In this document: piece after piece, positions 38,943 through 49,925 of the stretch
How positions within the stretch are numbered: the stretch's first letter is position 1
Layout: the number at the start of each line of letters is the position of its first letter
DNA from: Candidatus Helarchaeota archaeon
GTDB lineage: Archaea > Asgardarchaeota > Lokiarchaeia > Helarchaeales > RDOG01
Direction of reading: 5' to 3'
DNA: 64,000 nt
Assembly (NCBI GenBank): GCA_019058315.1
Contig: JAHPZH010000005.1
Location: forward strand, 128,001-192,000
The notes under the pieces: model-generated
The model's input: the letters and a program-made list of their open reading frames with translations, nothing else
Database searches by the model: none
What the model was told of the DNA's origin: nothing
Made by a program: the position numbers and the translations under genes

Positions 38943-40772
38943 TTATTTATTTAATTCCGCTAATTCTTTCGCCATTTTTGCACATAATTCGGAATTTTTC
39001 TTATCATTAATAGCAGAGAATAAATTAGTAGCGATATTATAATAAAGGACAGCTTGTTTGAACTTTTGTTGTAATTCTGCATCATAGGCTCTCTTCAAAT
39101 TTTTTTTAATTTTTTCATCCTCTATATCCTCAAGGGGAATAATAGGAACAAATTCTTCAACACGTGCTTCTATATCAGCTAATTTATTAAGTTCATCGAT
39201 TTTCATTATGCATAATTCTCTATTTTTAGTATCATTATAATCTGTAAACTTTCCACACGCTTCTGAATAGAATTTTAAAGCCCGATCATATAATTCTAAT
39301 CTCTCAGCTATGGCAGCGTTCTTCAACATATTTTTTATTTCTTCATTTGGGATTTCTTCTTCAGGAATTAATAATTTCTCTCCTTCTTCACTTGATTCGA
39401 TTGAAATAGGTTTTTCTTCGATTTGTAGCCTTTCATTTAGTTCATTAATTTTCATTCTGCATTTTGTAAAACTATCTTGATCTTCATTAATTGCAAATTT
39501 TTCGGCTGCTTCGAAATAAAATTTTAATGCTTTGTCATAAATTTCTAGCTTTTCAGCAAGAGCTGCGTTCTTTAATAAGCTCTTAATTCTCGGATCCGAA
39601 ATTAATTCTTCATCTATTAATAATTCTACCTTTTCTTCAACAGCTGAACTTATTTGTGAAAAAGCTGTTTCTTCTGAAATTTCTTCTAAAATAGGGGGTT
39701 GTACGGGACTAATTTCTACTTTTTTAGCCTCTTCTTTAACAACTTTTGGTTTACTTGCATCTAATTGTTGCTTTTTAATTAATTCTTTTATCCTTTCTGA
39801 ACATTTATTAGAACTTTCACGATCTTTATTTATTAAAAATAATCCTGCTGCGGAATTATAATATGTAATTGCTTCAGCATATCTTTTTGCATTTTCTGCT
39901 TGATATGCTTTTTTAATTATGGACCTCGTTTTTTCATCATAAATTAACGCCTCATCAATTATAGGTTCAATTTCCGCTAAACTTTCATCAATTGCTACAA
40001 TAGGGACAGGTTTGGTTTTTTGCTCCTCAATTTCTTGAAGCACTAATTCTTCTTTATATAAAGCCATTTCCTTTGATTTATTGGCATATTGATAGCAAAT
40101 TTGTGCATTATCGTAATCCCCTAACCCGTTAAAAAGCCCTGCGGCAACACCGTAATAGATAGTAGCTTCTTCAAATTGGCTATTATTAATAGCATATTCA
40201 GCATTTTCCAAAGCTTCAATCACCCTATCTCTAATCACTTCTGCATCTCTGATATTTACACCTGGAAGTTCTCTTACCTTCATTGCATCTACGAGAGGAT
40301 TAGAAATTTGTGGTTTTGGTATTTTTGGAGTTTCTAAAGTAGTTCCTCTATCTTTTCTTTCTTCTACAATAATTTTTAGATCTTGATTTGCATTTTGAAT
40401 AATTCTATCTAATACTGGTGCAAATGGTTGGAATAACTGTTCATTAAGACCGTCTGCGGTTAATTTATTACCATAACCTTGGACTAGAAATTCGGAAATG
40501 ATTTCTTCCATAATTGGACCAATATCAGCTTCATTTAAATTAAAATCAGCTGCTACTGTTAAAATCATGGTTTCGGTTGATAGATAAAAAAATTTGAACG
40601 ATCCCATAGTAACGGACCTAATAGCTTCCCCACTAAGCTCTTCAGAAAAATTGAAGAATGCTGTTATAAAACCGCCGAATAAATCCTTGTCTATTTTGTT
40701 GAATTCTCCATAATTCTGTTGTAATACGCATAAGCTATTATTTTTATTGATAATCCAGACGTTAGAAATCAA
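38943..40772 (-). CDS. Longin-domain protein with five three-helix MIT/TPR-like repeats
   Basis: N-terminal longin-like MISNVWIINK..LCVL...DKDLFGGFITAFFNFSEEL..IRSV..G.FKFFY; five A..AE....Y..A..(Y/F)Y..AA..F...D......C units separated by acidic linkers. Confidence 0.75.
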   Translation of the reverse strand: MISNVWIINKNNSLCVLQQNYGEFNKIDKDLFGGFITAFFNFSEELSGEAIRSVTMGSFKFFYLSTETMILTVAADFNLNEADIGPIMEEIISEFLVQGYGNKLTADGLNEQLFQPFAPVLDRIIQNANQDLKIIVEERKDRGTTLETPKIPKPQISNPLVDAMKVRELPGVNIRDAEVIRDRVIEALENAEYAINNSQFEEATIYYGVAAGLFNGLGDYDNAQICYQYANKSKEMALYKEELVLQEIEEQKTKPVPIVAIDESLAEIEPIIDEALIYDEKTRSIIKKAYQAENAKRYAEAITYYNSAAGLFLINKDRESSNKCSERIKELIKKQQLDASKPKVVKEEAKKVEISPVQPPILEEISEETAFSQISSAVEEKVELLIDEELISDPRIKSLLKNAALAEKLEIYDKALKFYFEAAEKFAINEDQDSFTKCRMKINELNERLQIEEKPISIESSEEGEKLLIPEEEIPNEEIKNMLKNAAIAERLELYDRALKFYSEACGKFTDYNDTKNRELCIMKIDELNKLADIEARVEEFVPIIPLEDIEDEKIKKNLKRAYDAELQQKFKQAVLYYNIATNLFSAINDKKNSELCAKMAKELAELNK

Positions 40773-40874
40773 ACCATAATCACAAACTTAAGATATACCC
40801 ATTTATCAATTTACATTTGTATTTTTTTATTCTTAATATTTTCTTGTTTATAACATAATAATATTTTTTTACTC

Positions 40875-42023
40875 TTAGAAATCTGATGCTTGTGAAGCGA
40901 CCATAGTCTCTAGTTTTTCCCAATTTTCATCAATAACTTCTTCAGTTTTAAAAGATTTAAACAAGACATTTCTGAGCATTTTCCCAGCACTCTGTTCTTT
41001 CTTTAAAAACTTCTGAATTTGTGATTTTTTATATTTACGTGTGAATTCTTCAACCATCCCCTCCGTAATTTCCCCTTCTGTAAGGAGTGCATTTGCTACA
41101 AATTCGGCAACATCGAAACCAGTTGACATGCAAGAAATGATTCCTGCAGCACCGATTGCCCCTACATGCCCTCCTGCATCCCCGACAAATGCTACTCCAT
41201 TACCAAAAATATTCTTAATTGGTCCCCCAAAATTCAAAAAATCTCTAGAACTATAATAGCTCTTGGCTTTTTCTATAATTCCTCTCATTCTATCATTTTC
41301 AATACTTTTCTTTCTCCATAGTTCTAGGATATCAAAATTATCAGGTAAATCATGTGTCCAAACCGTTATACCAGTTTCTCCAGAACTTGGACCCTTAGGA
41401 AACATCCACATTGCACCAGGCGGATTTGTAATGAGGTGTAATTCGATATGTCGAGGATTTGGAACGTTTAAATTTTCAAAATTAAATTTTAAAGCATAAT
41501 ATATTTCAGATTGCTTAATATTAAGTTCATTTCCAATTTTTGACTCATTTCCATCTGCAGCAATAATGAATTTAGTCTTAATATTGAATTCCTTATTATC
41601 TTTTATGCAAGTAGCTCCTACAACTTTCTCATTTTCTTTAATAGTTTTTAAAAATTCAGTGTTTAGTAATACTCTACAATTGGTTTTTGATAATTCTTTA
41701 AAGATTTCAACAATAAAAAGGCGATAATCAATTGCAACCAACGGTTCTGAATGTTCCATCTCCATATATTTTTTTGCACTAGGAGAATAGATTCTTCTCC
41801 CCGTTAATTCATTTAGAGTAACTTCTTTAGGTAACCCTTTTCCGAAAATTTTTTCAAATATGGGAGATTTTTTTTGAATACATTCTCCTTTTATCTTATA
41901 CCCAATCTCTGACTCTTTTTCAATTAAAATTGTATCTAATTTATTTCTAGCAGAAGCAATTGCAGCGCATAATCCTGCAACACCAGCACCTACGATTAAA
42001 ATATCACAATTTAGATTTTTCAT
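40875..42023 (-). CDS. Geranylgeranyl reductase-family FAD oxidoreductase
   Basis: IVGAGVAG, IIAADG, WMFPKG, FVGDAGGHV. Confidence 0.85.
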   Translation of the reverse strand: MKNLNCDILIVGAGVAGLCAAIASARNKLDTILIEKESEIGYKIKGECIQKKSPIFEKIFGKGLPKEVTLNELTGRRIYSPSAKKYMEMEHSEPLVAIDYRLFIVEIFKELSKTNCRVLLNTEFLKTIKENEKVVGATCIKDNKEFNIKTKFIIAADGNESKIGNELNIKQSEIYYALKFNFENLNVPNPRHIELHLITNPPGAMWMFPKGPSSGETGITVWTHDLPDNFDILELWRKKSIENDRMRGIIEKAKSYYSSRDFLNFGGPIKNIFGNGVAFVGDAGGHVGAIGAAGIISCMSTGFDVAEFVANALLTEGEITEGMVEEFTRKYKKSQIQKFLKKEQSAGKMLRNVLFKSFKTEEVIDENWEKLETMVASQASDF

Positions 42024-42098
42024 TGGAGTAACTTCCCGTAAACATTATAAGCTATTTCCAATACTAATATAAAATTATTGAATCTTGAGAGATAAACT

Positions 42099-42878
42099 TT
42101 GGAAAAAGATATAGATTTAAAGGGGAAGTACATTTTAATTGTTGGTGGGGGTAAGGCTGGACTCCATGCATTTAAATATTGTAAGAAGAAAAAAGCCAAA
42201 ATTCTCATAGTTGACCCCGATCGTAATTGTATTTTAAGACATCATATTGAATATTTTTTAGAACCAAATGAAATTTCAGAAATTGATTCAATAGCAACTT
42301 CTTCAGAGTCCATATTAATTCAAGGAGGATTGAAAACTAGTTTTAGCATGCTTAATCAATTTAAATTTATATATGTTTTTCCTACTGTGCCCCTTCATCT
42401 CGCAGCCACTTTTGTTGTTCATTATTTGACAAAATTGGGAAAAAAAGTTTATCCTGATAAAGAAATGTTCTCTAAAATAATAAATAAAATTCCATCAGAC
42501 TTAATTCTTGATGTAGATAAGCAAAAAGCAATTGCAATTTTGAGTTACATGCCAGAAGGATTAGAATGTAAAAAAAATTGTTCTTCTCCAATAGTTTGCC
42601 CAGTTTCAGGTATTGAAAAATCAGCTCCATTATTTGAAATAATTAATTCAAAAATCAGTAATTTAAATGGAATAGTTCTCGAAAGTAAGCAGTTGGAGCC
42701 CGGACTAGGAGCAATTGAGGGAAATTCTATTTATAATTTATTTGAATTTATAAAAAATAAAAATCATATTATTATCGCAACTGCAAGTCGGTGTCATGGG
42801 CTTTTAAATACATTTAGAGTGGGGATAGATTTTCTGAAGATTATTAATCAAATAGCTCATCTAAATCTTCCAAGATAA
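42099..42878 (+). CDS. NAD(P)-binding Rossmann protein with Cys-rich C-terminal domain, function unknown
   Basis: ILIVGGGKAG; CxxxCxxxxxCP; ATASRCHG. Confidence 0.75.
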   Translation: MEKDIDLKGKYILIVGGGKAGLHAFKYCKKKKAKILIVDPDRNCILRHHIEYFLEPNEISEIDSIATSSESILIQGGLKTSFSMLNQFKFIYVFPTVPLHLAATFVVHYLTKLGKKVYPDKEMFSKIINKIPSDLILDVDKQKAIAILSYMPEGLECKKNCSSPIVCPVSGIEKSAPLFEIINSKISNLNGIVLESKQLEPGLGAIEGNSIYNLFEFIKNKNHIIIATASRCHGLLNTFRVGIDFLKIINQIAHLNLPR

Positions 42879-42913
42879 TCTAAAAATTAGAGAAAATAAT
42901 TTTTAAAGGAAGA

Positions 42914-44377
42914 TTAGACCAAGATTTTTTGTTGTTTAAAGTAATCAAATAGATCTAGAGCTGATTTTGCTGCCAGCTCGGTTCCAACTCCCCAACCACC
43001 AGCATCAGCAGAGCTATAATATAGATTCTTAATTGGAGATATTTGAGATGGTCTATTTTTTCCAACTTGACCCACTATTTGCCCAATACCCGTTCCAGCA
43101 CCTTCCTTGCCCAATTTAGCATCTAAGAATACGTCAGAAACGAAATCAGTCCAAAGGATGTGCCCCTCAATTTCTGGCCATAGATCTAGGAGTGTGTTCA
43201 TACATGCTTTCTCAAATGCTTTAGAAATTTTTTTCCTTTCTTCATCTTGAGTAACACCAAGCGTTGGTGTAACAGTATGGAGATTTTGACAACCTGGAGG
43301 CGCAAGATTAGGGTCCAAATTTGAAATAGGAACAATCATTAAAACAACTTTTTTTGGGACATCTTTGGCTGTTATATCTCCTTCTATCAATTTATTCGGA
43401 TCCAAGACTTTCATATCGCTTGCATCCATTTTGGGGACATAATTCAACCATTTATCGTCGGTGACATGAATATCAACACCCAACTTTAAGGAGCATACTT
43501 GACCACCCCACACTAGATTCTTAATTCTTTCTACGTAATCCTTTTCAAAATGATTTTCTCCTACTAATTTCAGAACTGTGGATTTGATATCAGCATTTGA
43601 AATTACAATATCACTTTCTACAAATTCATTATCTTTACCTACTTCCACACCTATTGCAGAACCATCTTCGACAACAATTCGATTTACTTTGGTTTCTAAC
43701 TTCACAATTCCGTTATTCTCTTCGATTGCTTTACAATAAGCGGTAGGAATTGCCCCTGTACCTCCAAAAGAATAGCCAAAAGCCCTGTTTGTTGCATTTA
43801 ATTTTGAACAACGTAAAAATTCACCAGCAGAGGTTTCTGTTGGTTTGGTTCCAAACATTAAGCCAGCTTGTAATGTGTACATAAATGCATTAAGTTTTTC
43901 TTGTTTTAAATAATCGATTAATGGAACATCATCAAATTTATAGGTATCCTCATAACTCATTTCATTTATAATTTCTCTAAAACCCCGTTTTTTGCTTTTT
44001 CTTGGTTTTTTCTTCTTTTCAGCCCCCGATTTCTTTGAAATTTTTTTGAGTCCAAAACTAAGAATGTTTCCCATCATATTTATACGAGGACCAGGATCTC
44101 GACAATAAGCCCACTTGACTGCATCTGGTTTTCCAATTTTATTTAAAATTTCCCCAAGGAATCCCTTATCACAATTTCCGAAAATATGAGTTCCGACATC
44201 ACATACCCATTCACGGCCAAGTTTATCTTTTTTTAAGTATGAGCCACATCTTCCCCCAATCCAATTATTTTGCTCATATAAATTAATTTTCGATTTAAAT
44301 GAAGTTGCTATTAATGCTCCTATTCCACTTCCGCCAATTCCGCTTCCAATAATTGCAATTCTTTTCATGTTTATCAT
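42914..44377 (-). CDS. Phytoene desaturase (CrtI/COG1233)-like FAD oxidoreductase
   Basis: IIGSGIGG, EQN..IGGRC, GGTGAIP, VISNAD, DPNLAPPG, SPIKNLY. Confidence 0.88.
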   Translation of the reverse strand: MINMKRIAIIGSGIGGSGIGALIATSFKSKINLYEQNNWIGGRCGSYLKKDKLGREWVCDVGTHIFGNCDKGFLGEILNKIGKPDAVKWAYCRDPGPRINMMGNILSFGLKKISKKSGAEKKKKPRKSKKRGFREIINEMSYEDTYKFDDVPLIDYLKQEKLNAFMYTLQAGLMFGTKPTETSAGEFLRCSKLNATNRAFGYSFGGTGAIPTAYCKAIEENNGIVKLETKVNRIVVEDGSAIGVEVGKDNEFVESDIVISNADIKSTVLKLVGENHFEKDYVERIKNLVWGGQVCSLKLGVDIHVTDDKWLNYVPKMDASDMKVLDPNKLIEGDITAKDVPKKVVLMIVPISNLDPNLAPPGCQNLHTVTPTLGVTQDEERKKISKAFEKACMNTLLDLWPEIEGHILWTDFVSDVFLDAKLGKEGAGTGIGQIVGQVGKNRPSQISPIKNLYYSSADAGGWGVGTELAAKSALDLFDYFKQQKILV

Positions 44378-44420
44378 AATTAATACTTTGTCTTAAATAA
44401 TTAATTCAAATTATACCAAG

Positions 44421-45434
44421 CTATATAATCTCTTGTATTAAAGTTACTATAGATGTAATATCTAACGCAGGTCTAGTTCTGATTATTAACAATAGAACAT
44501 AAGAAAACAGATAAAGCCCAATTAATACGATTCCAGCTATTTTATCAACTTTTCCTCTACAACAAAGAATAAAAATAACACCAATAGAAGCAATAATTAC
44601 ATATAGTATTGCAGGTACTATAAGTTCGGCAGATACTTCATTTGGAAATAAAACTTGTCCAATACCAATCGCAAGACTTGCGTCAATAATACAGCTTCCA
44701 ATTACATCGCCAACTGCAACCTCAACCTCACCCTTTCGAATTGCCCCTATATCAACTACAAGTTCTGGAAGTGAAGTACCAATCGATACAACAAAAAAGC
44801 TGATAATAAAAGCGGGTATATTAAAGAGTCTAGATATCTCTAAAACTCCCGTTATTATCATAGTCACACCAACAGCGACTCCAATGAAACCTAAAGCGGT
44901 AAGTATTATATGAAATAATTTGCTGTGAGTTGTGTTATGTAATTCAGGGTCCATGCATACTTCCCCCAATTTTTCTTTATCAACTACCGCATCAGTTAAT
45001 AATAGATAAATAGGCCAAGTGCCTACTAAAAATAGCCCGTTAACCCAGGTAAAATATCCTTTTTCAACGACGGAAAGTAAAATTATGAGTGCCAGAATTA
45101 AACATCCTCCCATTATAAGAATCTCTCTGCGTTTAATAGCAAATGATTTCCCAATAAAAGGTAATAATCCTAAAACTAGAGTTAATTGAGTGAGCACAGA
45201 TCCGGATGCATCTCCGATATTGATGTTCGCACGACCTAGAGAAGATGATATTATTGAATTAACAATTTCAGGCATATCCGTTCCTAAAGCAACTATCGTC
45301 ATACCAATAATAAGAGAAGGAACGCCAAATATACATGCAAGCGTTATACTATTCTTTACAGCAACATCACTAGCGTAAATCATAATAATTGAGCCAATAA
45401 TAAGAAGAATTATTGCAATTGTTAAGTCCATCAT
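44421..45434 (-). CDS. Na+/Ca2+ (CaCA, YrbG-like) antiporter
   Basis: Two alpha repeats ALGTDMPE and SIGTSLPE; about 10 TM. Confidence 0.92.
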   Translation of the reverse strand: MMDLTIAIILLIIGSIIMIYASDVAVKNSITLACIFGVPSLIIGMTIVALGTDMPEIVNSIISSSLGRANINIGDASGSVLTQLTLVLGLLPFIGKSFAIKRREILIMGGCLILALIILLSVVEKGYFTWVNGLFLVGTWPIYLLLTDAVVDKEKLGEVCMDPELHNTTHSKLFHIILTALGFIGVAVGVTMIITGVLEISRLFNIPAFIISFFVVSIGTSLPELVVDIGAIRKGEVEVAVGDVIGSCIIDASLAIGIGQVLFPNEVSAELIVPAILYVIIASIGVIFILCCRGKVDKIAGIVLIGLYLFSYVLLLIIRTRPALDITSIVTLIQEII

Positions 45435-45463
45435 TTTTTTATAGTATTTTTTATTTATAAAAA

Positions 45464-46870
45464 TTAGACTTTTTGCCGTTTAATGAATTTTATAAAGCGT
45501 TTGACTTTTCTAGATGTGAACATGCCTTTAGCTCTTAAAATATAGAACATAATACCAATAGCAATTACAATTAAAGTAAAAAAAATCATGTCAAAATGAA
45601 GCATAGCAAAAATTGGGATTATTGCAATATTAAAACCACATGCAATTATAGGAATAATTGGGTATAGTGGTGTTTTATTTTTAATTTCATACTTATCTTG
45701 TTTTTTTCTTAAAAAGAATATACATAAACAAATCAAAGTAACTCCAAAAAGATAGCCAACATCAGCTATAATTGCCACCTTTTCAATTACTCCTAGACTT
45801 GCAAAAATTATAGAAAAAATAAGTCCAATAAAAATGGCATAATGGGGAGTTCGATTTTTAAAATGTAAAACACCAAAAATTCTCGGAAAATAAGCATCTT
45901 TTCCGAATGCATATATAATACGAGAATTAGAACAAATAGTTGCATTAATTGCTGATGCGACTGTTGCAATAGCTGCTGAATTTAATAAAACTCCTCCCAA
46001 CCTCGGTAATATTGTTTCAGCTGTTAGTGATAATACAACTCCATGACCACGTGTAAATTCATATATTAACTTTACTTGAAATTCTCCTGTTACAATGATT
46101 ATTACATAAATAATTCCAATATAGACAATTGTAGAGATTATTATGGTCAGAATAATTGATAATTTTATGGTTCTTTGAGGATTTTTCATTTCTTCTGCCA
46201 CATTATTGATTATTTCAAATCCGTAAAAACTGATATAGATTAATCCTAGTGTTTGAATAAAAAATAAAAAATTATCAGGGGTTGGTATAACATTTGTAAA
46301 ATTTATTGGAAAACTTCTTGGAAATAAAAATTCTTTTGGAATAGAAATACCTAAACATATTATGAATACTAAAACAAATATTTGCGTCGATGTAAGAATA
46401 ACTTCTACATTTCCAGCTTCTGAAATTCCCTTGTAGTTAATCATACTAAATATTATTAAAATTAAAATTGCAAAAATAGGGATTAGAATTGCCTCAGAAC
46501 CTGATAAGGGATTACCTAACCAATTAAATAAAATATCAACAAAACCAATTGCATATACTGCATTAGCAGCAGAATTGCCAATCAACATAAACCAACCAGT
46601 TATGAAACCGTAAAAACCTCCTTTTAATTCTTCTGCGTAAGTGTAACCTCCACCAGCTTTTGGAATAGTAGAGCCTAATTCAATATAGCAAAGACCTGTA
46701 AAAAGACTTATAATGCCTAATATGAGATATGCTAATATTGCCGAGGATCCCGAAAGCGATATTGCTGCACTGGATAATATAAAAATTCCAGCACCGATCA
46801 TAGCCCCAATTCCAATCATAAGAACTTGTAATAAGCCCAGGACTCGTTTAAATTCAATTTTTTCAGTCAA
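45464..46870 (-). CDS. APC-family amino acid permease
   Basis: GAMIGAGIF, ELGSTIPKAGGGY, FYGFE..AEEMKNPQR, SRIIYA. Confidence 0.95.
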   Translation of the reverse strand: MTEKIEFKRVLGLLQVLMIGIGAMIGAGIFILSSAAISLSGSSAILAYLILGIISLFTGLCYIELGSTIPKAGGGYTYAEELKGGFYGFITGWFMLIGNSAANAVYAIGFVDILFNWLGNPLSGSEAILIPIFAILILIIFSMINYKGISEAGNVEVILTSTQIFVLVFIICLGISIPKEFLFPRSFPINFTNVIPTPDNFLFFIQTLGLIYISFYGFEIINNVAEEMKNPQRTIKLSIILTIIISTIVYIGIIYVIIIVTGEFQVKLIYEFTRGHGVVLSLTAETILPRLGGVLLNSAAIATVASAINATICSNSRIIYAFGKDAYFPRIFGVLHFKNRTPHYAIFIGLIFSIIFASLGVIEKVAIIADVGYLFGVTLICLCIFFLRKKQDKYEIKNKTPLYPIIPIIACGFNIAIIPIFAMLHFDMIFFTLIVIAIGIMFYILRAKGMFTSRKVKRFIKFIKRQKV

Positions 46871-46936
46871 ATAACTTCACAATCAAGAAAATATCAAATA
46901 TTAGGATTTTTAAGGAATCTGAATCTAAATAACCCA

Positions 46937-47284
46937 TTAAGTATTAATATCAGTATCTAGGGAGGTTAATATTTTCTTTTCAAAAAAATCTTTATCAAAT
47001 TCAGAAACATAACCACAATTATAACAATTAAATATGAGATGGACCCGATTTGTCCTATTTGCCTTATTTGGATTTAAATAATTTGCTTGTAGAACATGTA
47101 CATGTCGTATACCTGTAACTTTCATTGATGAGTTACAGAATGGGCAGTTTATTTCTAATTTTTTTAAGTCATCAGAGATTTTAATCCATAATTTTTTCAA
47201 TTTATCTTTTTGAACTTTTTTCTTTTGATCTTTTTTCTTATCTTTTTTAATTTTTTTTTCATGATCTAATTTAGAATCTTCCAC
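46937..47284 (-). CDS. Zinc-ribbon protein with Lys-rich N-terminus
   Basis: CPFC ... CYNCGY. Confidence 0.7.
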   Translation of the reverse strand: MEDSKLDHEKKIKKDKKKDQKKKVQKDKLKKLWIKISDDLKKLEINCPFCNSSMKVTGIRHVHVLQANYLNPNKANRTNRVHLIFNCYNCGYVSEFDKDFFEKKILTSLDTDINT

Positions 47285-47698
47285 TTTCTACCACATGATT
47301 CTTTCATTCTAAATTCAAGGGATTCTTAATTAAATAAAGAGGTTTCATTAAGTCAAAATAATGAATTAAAATGTTAATTTCTCAAATTTTGAGCTTAATT
47401 GAGAAAGTATCTATATAAATTTTATTAAAATAAAAAAAAGTTTAAATAAATTTATTTTAATTTACTACATTTTATATTATCTCCAATATACCAACCCAGA
47501 TTTTTAAAAAATTAGCATATAATTTTTTGAAATTTAATTGAGAAATATTATTATTTCAATAATAAAACTGAGTTTTAAGAATTTGGATAATTTTTCTATT
47601 TTATTTTAAATTAGGATATTACAATTTAATAAATTATTAATAGAAAATTAGAAATTTCGAATAATATTTTATGAATTATAATAATACTAGATAAAAAA

Positions 47699-48880
47699 AT
47701 GAAAAATAGTGAGGGAATAAGTTTGCCTTATAATTATGCGGACATTCCGGATAAATTTGCAACAAAATCTTTTTGGCCCCTTGGTAGACACCTATGGAGG
47801 ATTTATAAAGAGATGGGATGGGAGATTTTTTATCAAGTTCTTGAATGGGGGCAAAGGACGCTTTATGAGCTCATGAGCCAACGATTAGACGAAACAATTT
47901 TAACAGCGAAAGATACTATTGCAGGAAAAATTAAGAATCCCGAGAAAGTTCTTTCATATCCCATGTTTCCACCAGTAGGATGTATGCGGGCCGATCTTCA
48001 GCAAGGAACGATGAAATTACTCTACGGAGAATCTGCAGATGTGTCATATGTTGCCATCGATGATGAAACAGAAGAAATAATTATGATTGTGGATGGTCAT
48101 GTAGAAGACGGAATTCCGGTGGACTGGTGGACTGTAAATACGGATGATGAGTTGTTAGATCGTCGACATCAGAAATTAGGTTATAAATTACGAGATATTA
48201 CTAAAAAAATTCGGTTTAATATGAATAAAGCTGGTCATAGAATAATAGATGTTCTTAAAGATGTGCGCAATGAAAGAGCACCTCAATGGGCTACTTCAGA
48301 TTTTATGGTTTGCACAGTGTGGTTGACTTCTGCTGTTAGTGTAATAGCTGAACCTTCGTCCTGGGAAGCGTTTAGCGCCATCTGGGATGGAATTAATGCA
48401 AAAGCGCAATACGGGCTTCCTGATTATTGGATGACGTATATTCCATGGCCTCCTATGATCGCAACTATTATTGCAATGGGTCGGTTGGGCTGGCAGCTGA
48501 GAATTAACGGACTTTTTGCAGGACATGTATTATATTTACTCGGTATAGAGGAAGAAATTATACAAGGTATAAAGGAAGATTTCCCCGAGTTCTATGAATG
48601 TGCCTATGTTTCGGGTACAACCCAACAAGGGATTCCACGTCCTATGCAGACTATAAATTCGGTTCCTCCTGATCTAAAAAGTAAAGCAACTTATAAAAAT
48701 GAGAAATTCGACTGGAAATATCCTGAAGGTTGGATACAATTGGAAGATTTGGGATTAACAATTGAGGAGATGCTCGAAGGTATATATTTAGATGTTACTC
48801 ATGAGACACCATTAGATGAAAAAATAGATGCTTCAAAAATTGTTTCACGAGGAATTGGACGGAATACAAAATTTGAATAA
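47699..48880 (+). CDS. Hypothetical soluble protein
   Basis: 393-aa ORF, globular Trp-rich composition, no motif recognised. Confidence 0.8.
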   Translation: MKNSEGISLPYNYADIPDKFATKSFWPLGRHLWRIYKEMGWEIFYQVLEWGQRTLYELMSQRLDETILTAKDTIAGKIKNPEKVLSYPMFPPVGCMRADLQQGTMKLLYGESADVSYVAIDDETEEIIMIVDGHVEDGIPVDWWTVNTDDELLDRRHQKLGYKLRDITKKIRFNMNKAGHRIIDVLKDVRNERAPQWATSDFMVCTVWLTSAVSVIAEPSSWEAFSAIWDGINAKAQYGLPDYWMTYIPWPPMIATIIAMGRLGWQLRINGLFAGHVLYLLGIEEEIIQGIKEDFPEFYECAYVSGTTQQGIPRPMQTINSVPPDLKSKATYKNEKFDWKYPEGWIQLEDLGLTIEEMLEGIYLDVTHETPLDEKIDASKIVSRGIGRNTKFE

Positions 48881-48899
48881 TTGATTAGAACGTCTCAAA

Positions 48900-49919
48900 T
48901 TATTTTAGTTTTGATATTAAATATTCTGCAACTCCAGCTCCCTTTTTTCCATCTATTTCAAATGTTGCAATTTGTTCAAAAATTTCAGTAAATCCTTCTG
49001 AAGAGGGAAGAGGGAGATATATATTATGAACAGTTTTTGATTCTATGGTCCTTTTTTTTCCATGTTCATCTATAAAATTAAAAACAGAAGAGATTGGTGT
49101 TTTTCCATCACTTTTTGTTTTAGTAGATATTTCGACACTTTCTATTGTTGTATTTCCTTCATTATTTGAATAAAAACCATTCAATAATTTTTTTCCAACA
49201 AATTCAATTTGGAATATATTAAGTGTTTCATCTTCGAATTGAGCCGAAATCCAATACCAGCGATCAATTTTTACCCAATCTCTAGTTCCCCAGCTGTGAT
49301 CTCGATGTCCAAGGCAATTAATTTTTAAAGTTTCCCCTTTTTTCTTTAAAGTTAAAGTCCCAGTTGCCCTCAAGCCTTGTTCGTAATGGTGTTGAGCAGT
49401 TCGCTCTAGTAATTCAACACCTAATTCTTTAATCGACTTCAAGGGATCTTTATGGGATAAATAGTTATATACAGGAAATCTGCCTTCAAAGCTGATATCT
49501 AGCTCAAATCTTTTATCTTGATAAGTAATTCTCCATTTTTTCATTGGTTCAATACAATAATATTTTACTTTTTTATCAAAATCTAAAGTATCAAACATTT
49601 TATCGGTTGGAATATCATTAGCATAGCCAGTAATTTTACCATCAAGTAATAACACCAACATGATTCTAGATCTTTTTTGACCCATCTCATAAGAGATACG
49701 AGTTATAAAATATAATTTATTTGATGGATCTATTAGATTAAAATACCAACTTTCGTTATGATGAGGCGGAAATGTTCCAAAGTCATGTTTATATTCATCT
49801 TTTTCTGAAACATCAACTCCACTCTCAAGGTAATTCAATAAATTTGCATCAATTTTCTGATTTTTTTCTTTCAGATAGTCCAATATTTTATCTTTCATGT
49901 TATCTTTCTCCAATTTCAA
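48900..49919 (-). CDS. AttH/CrtC/tocopherol-cyclase-like beta-barrel (lipid-binding hydratase/cyclase-like) protein
   Basis: NESWYFN and GHRDHSWGTRDW motifs typical of this superfamily. Confidence 0.7.
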   Translation of the reverse strand: MKLEKDNMKDKILDYLKEKNQKIDANLLNYLESGVDVSEKDEYKHDFGTFPPHHNESWYFNLIDPSNKLYFITRISYEMGQKRSRIMLVLLLDGKITGYANDIPTDKMFDTLDFDKKVKYYCIEPMKKWRITYQDKRFELDISFEGRFPVYNYLSHKDPLKSIKELGVELLERTAQHHYEQGLRATGTLTLKKKGETLKINCLGHRDHSWGTRDWVKIDRWYWISAQFEDETLNIFQIEFVGKKLLNGFYSNNEGNTTIESVEISTKTKSDGKTPISSVFNFIDEHGKKRTIESKTVHNIYLPLPSSEGFTEIFEQIATFEIDGKKGAGVAEYLISKLK

Positions 49920-49925
49920 TAATTT

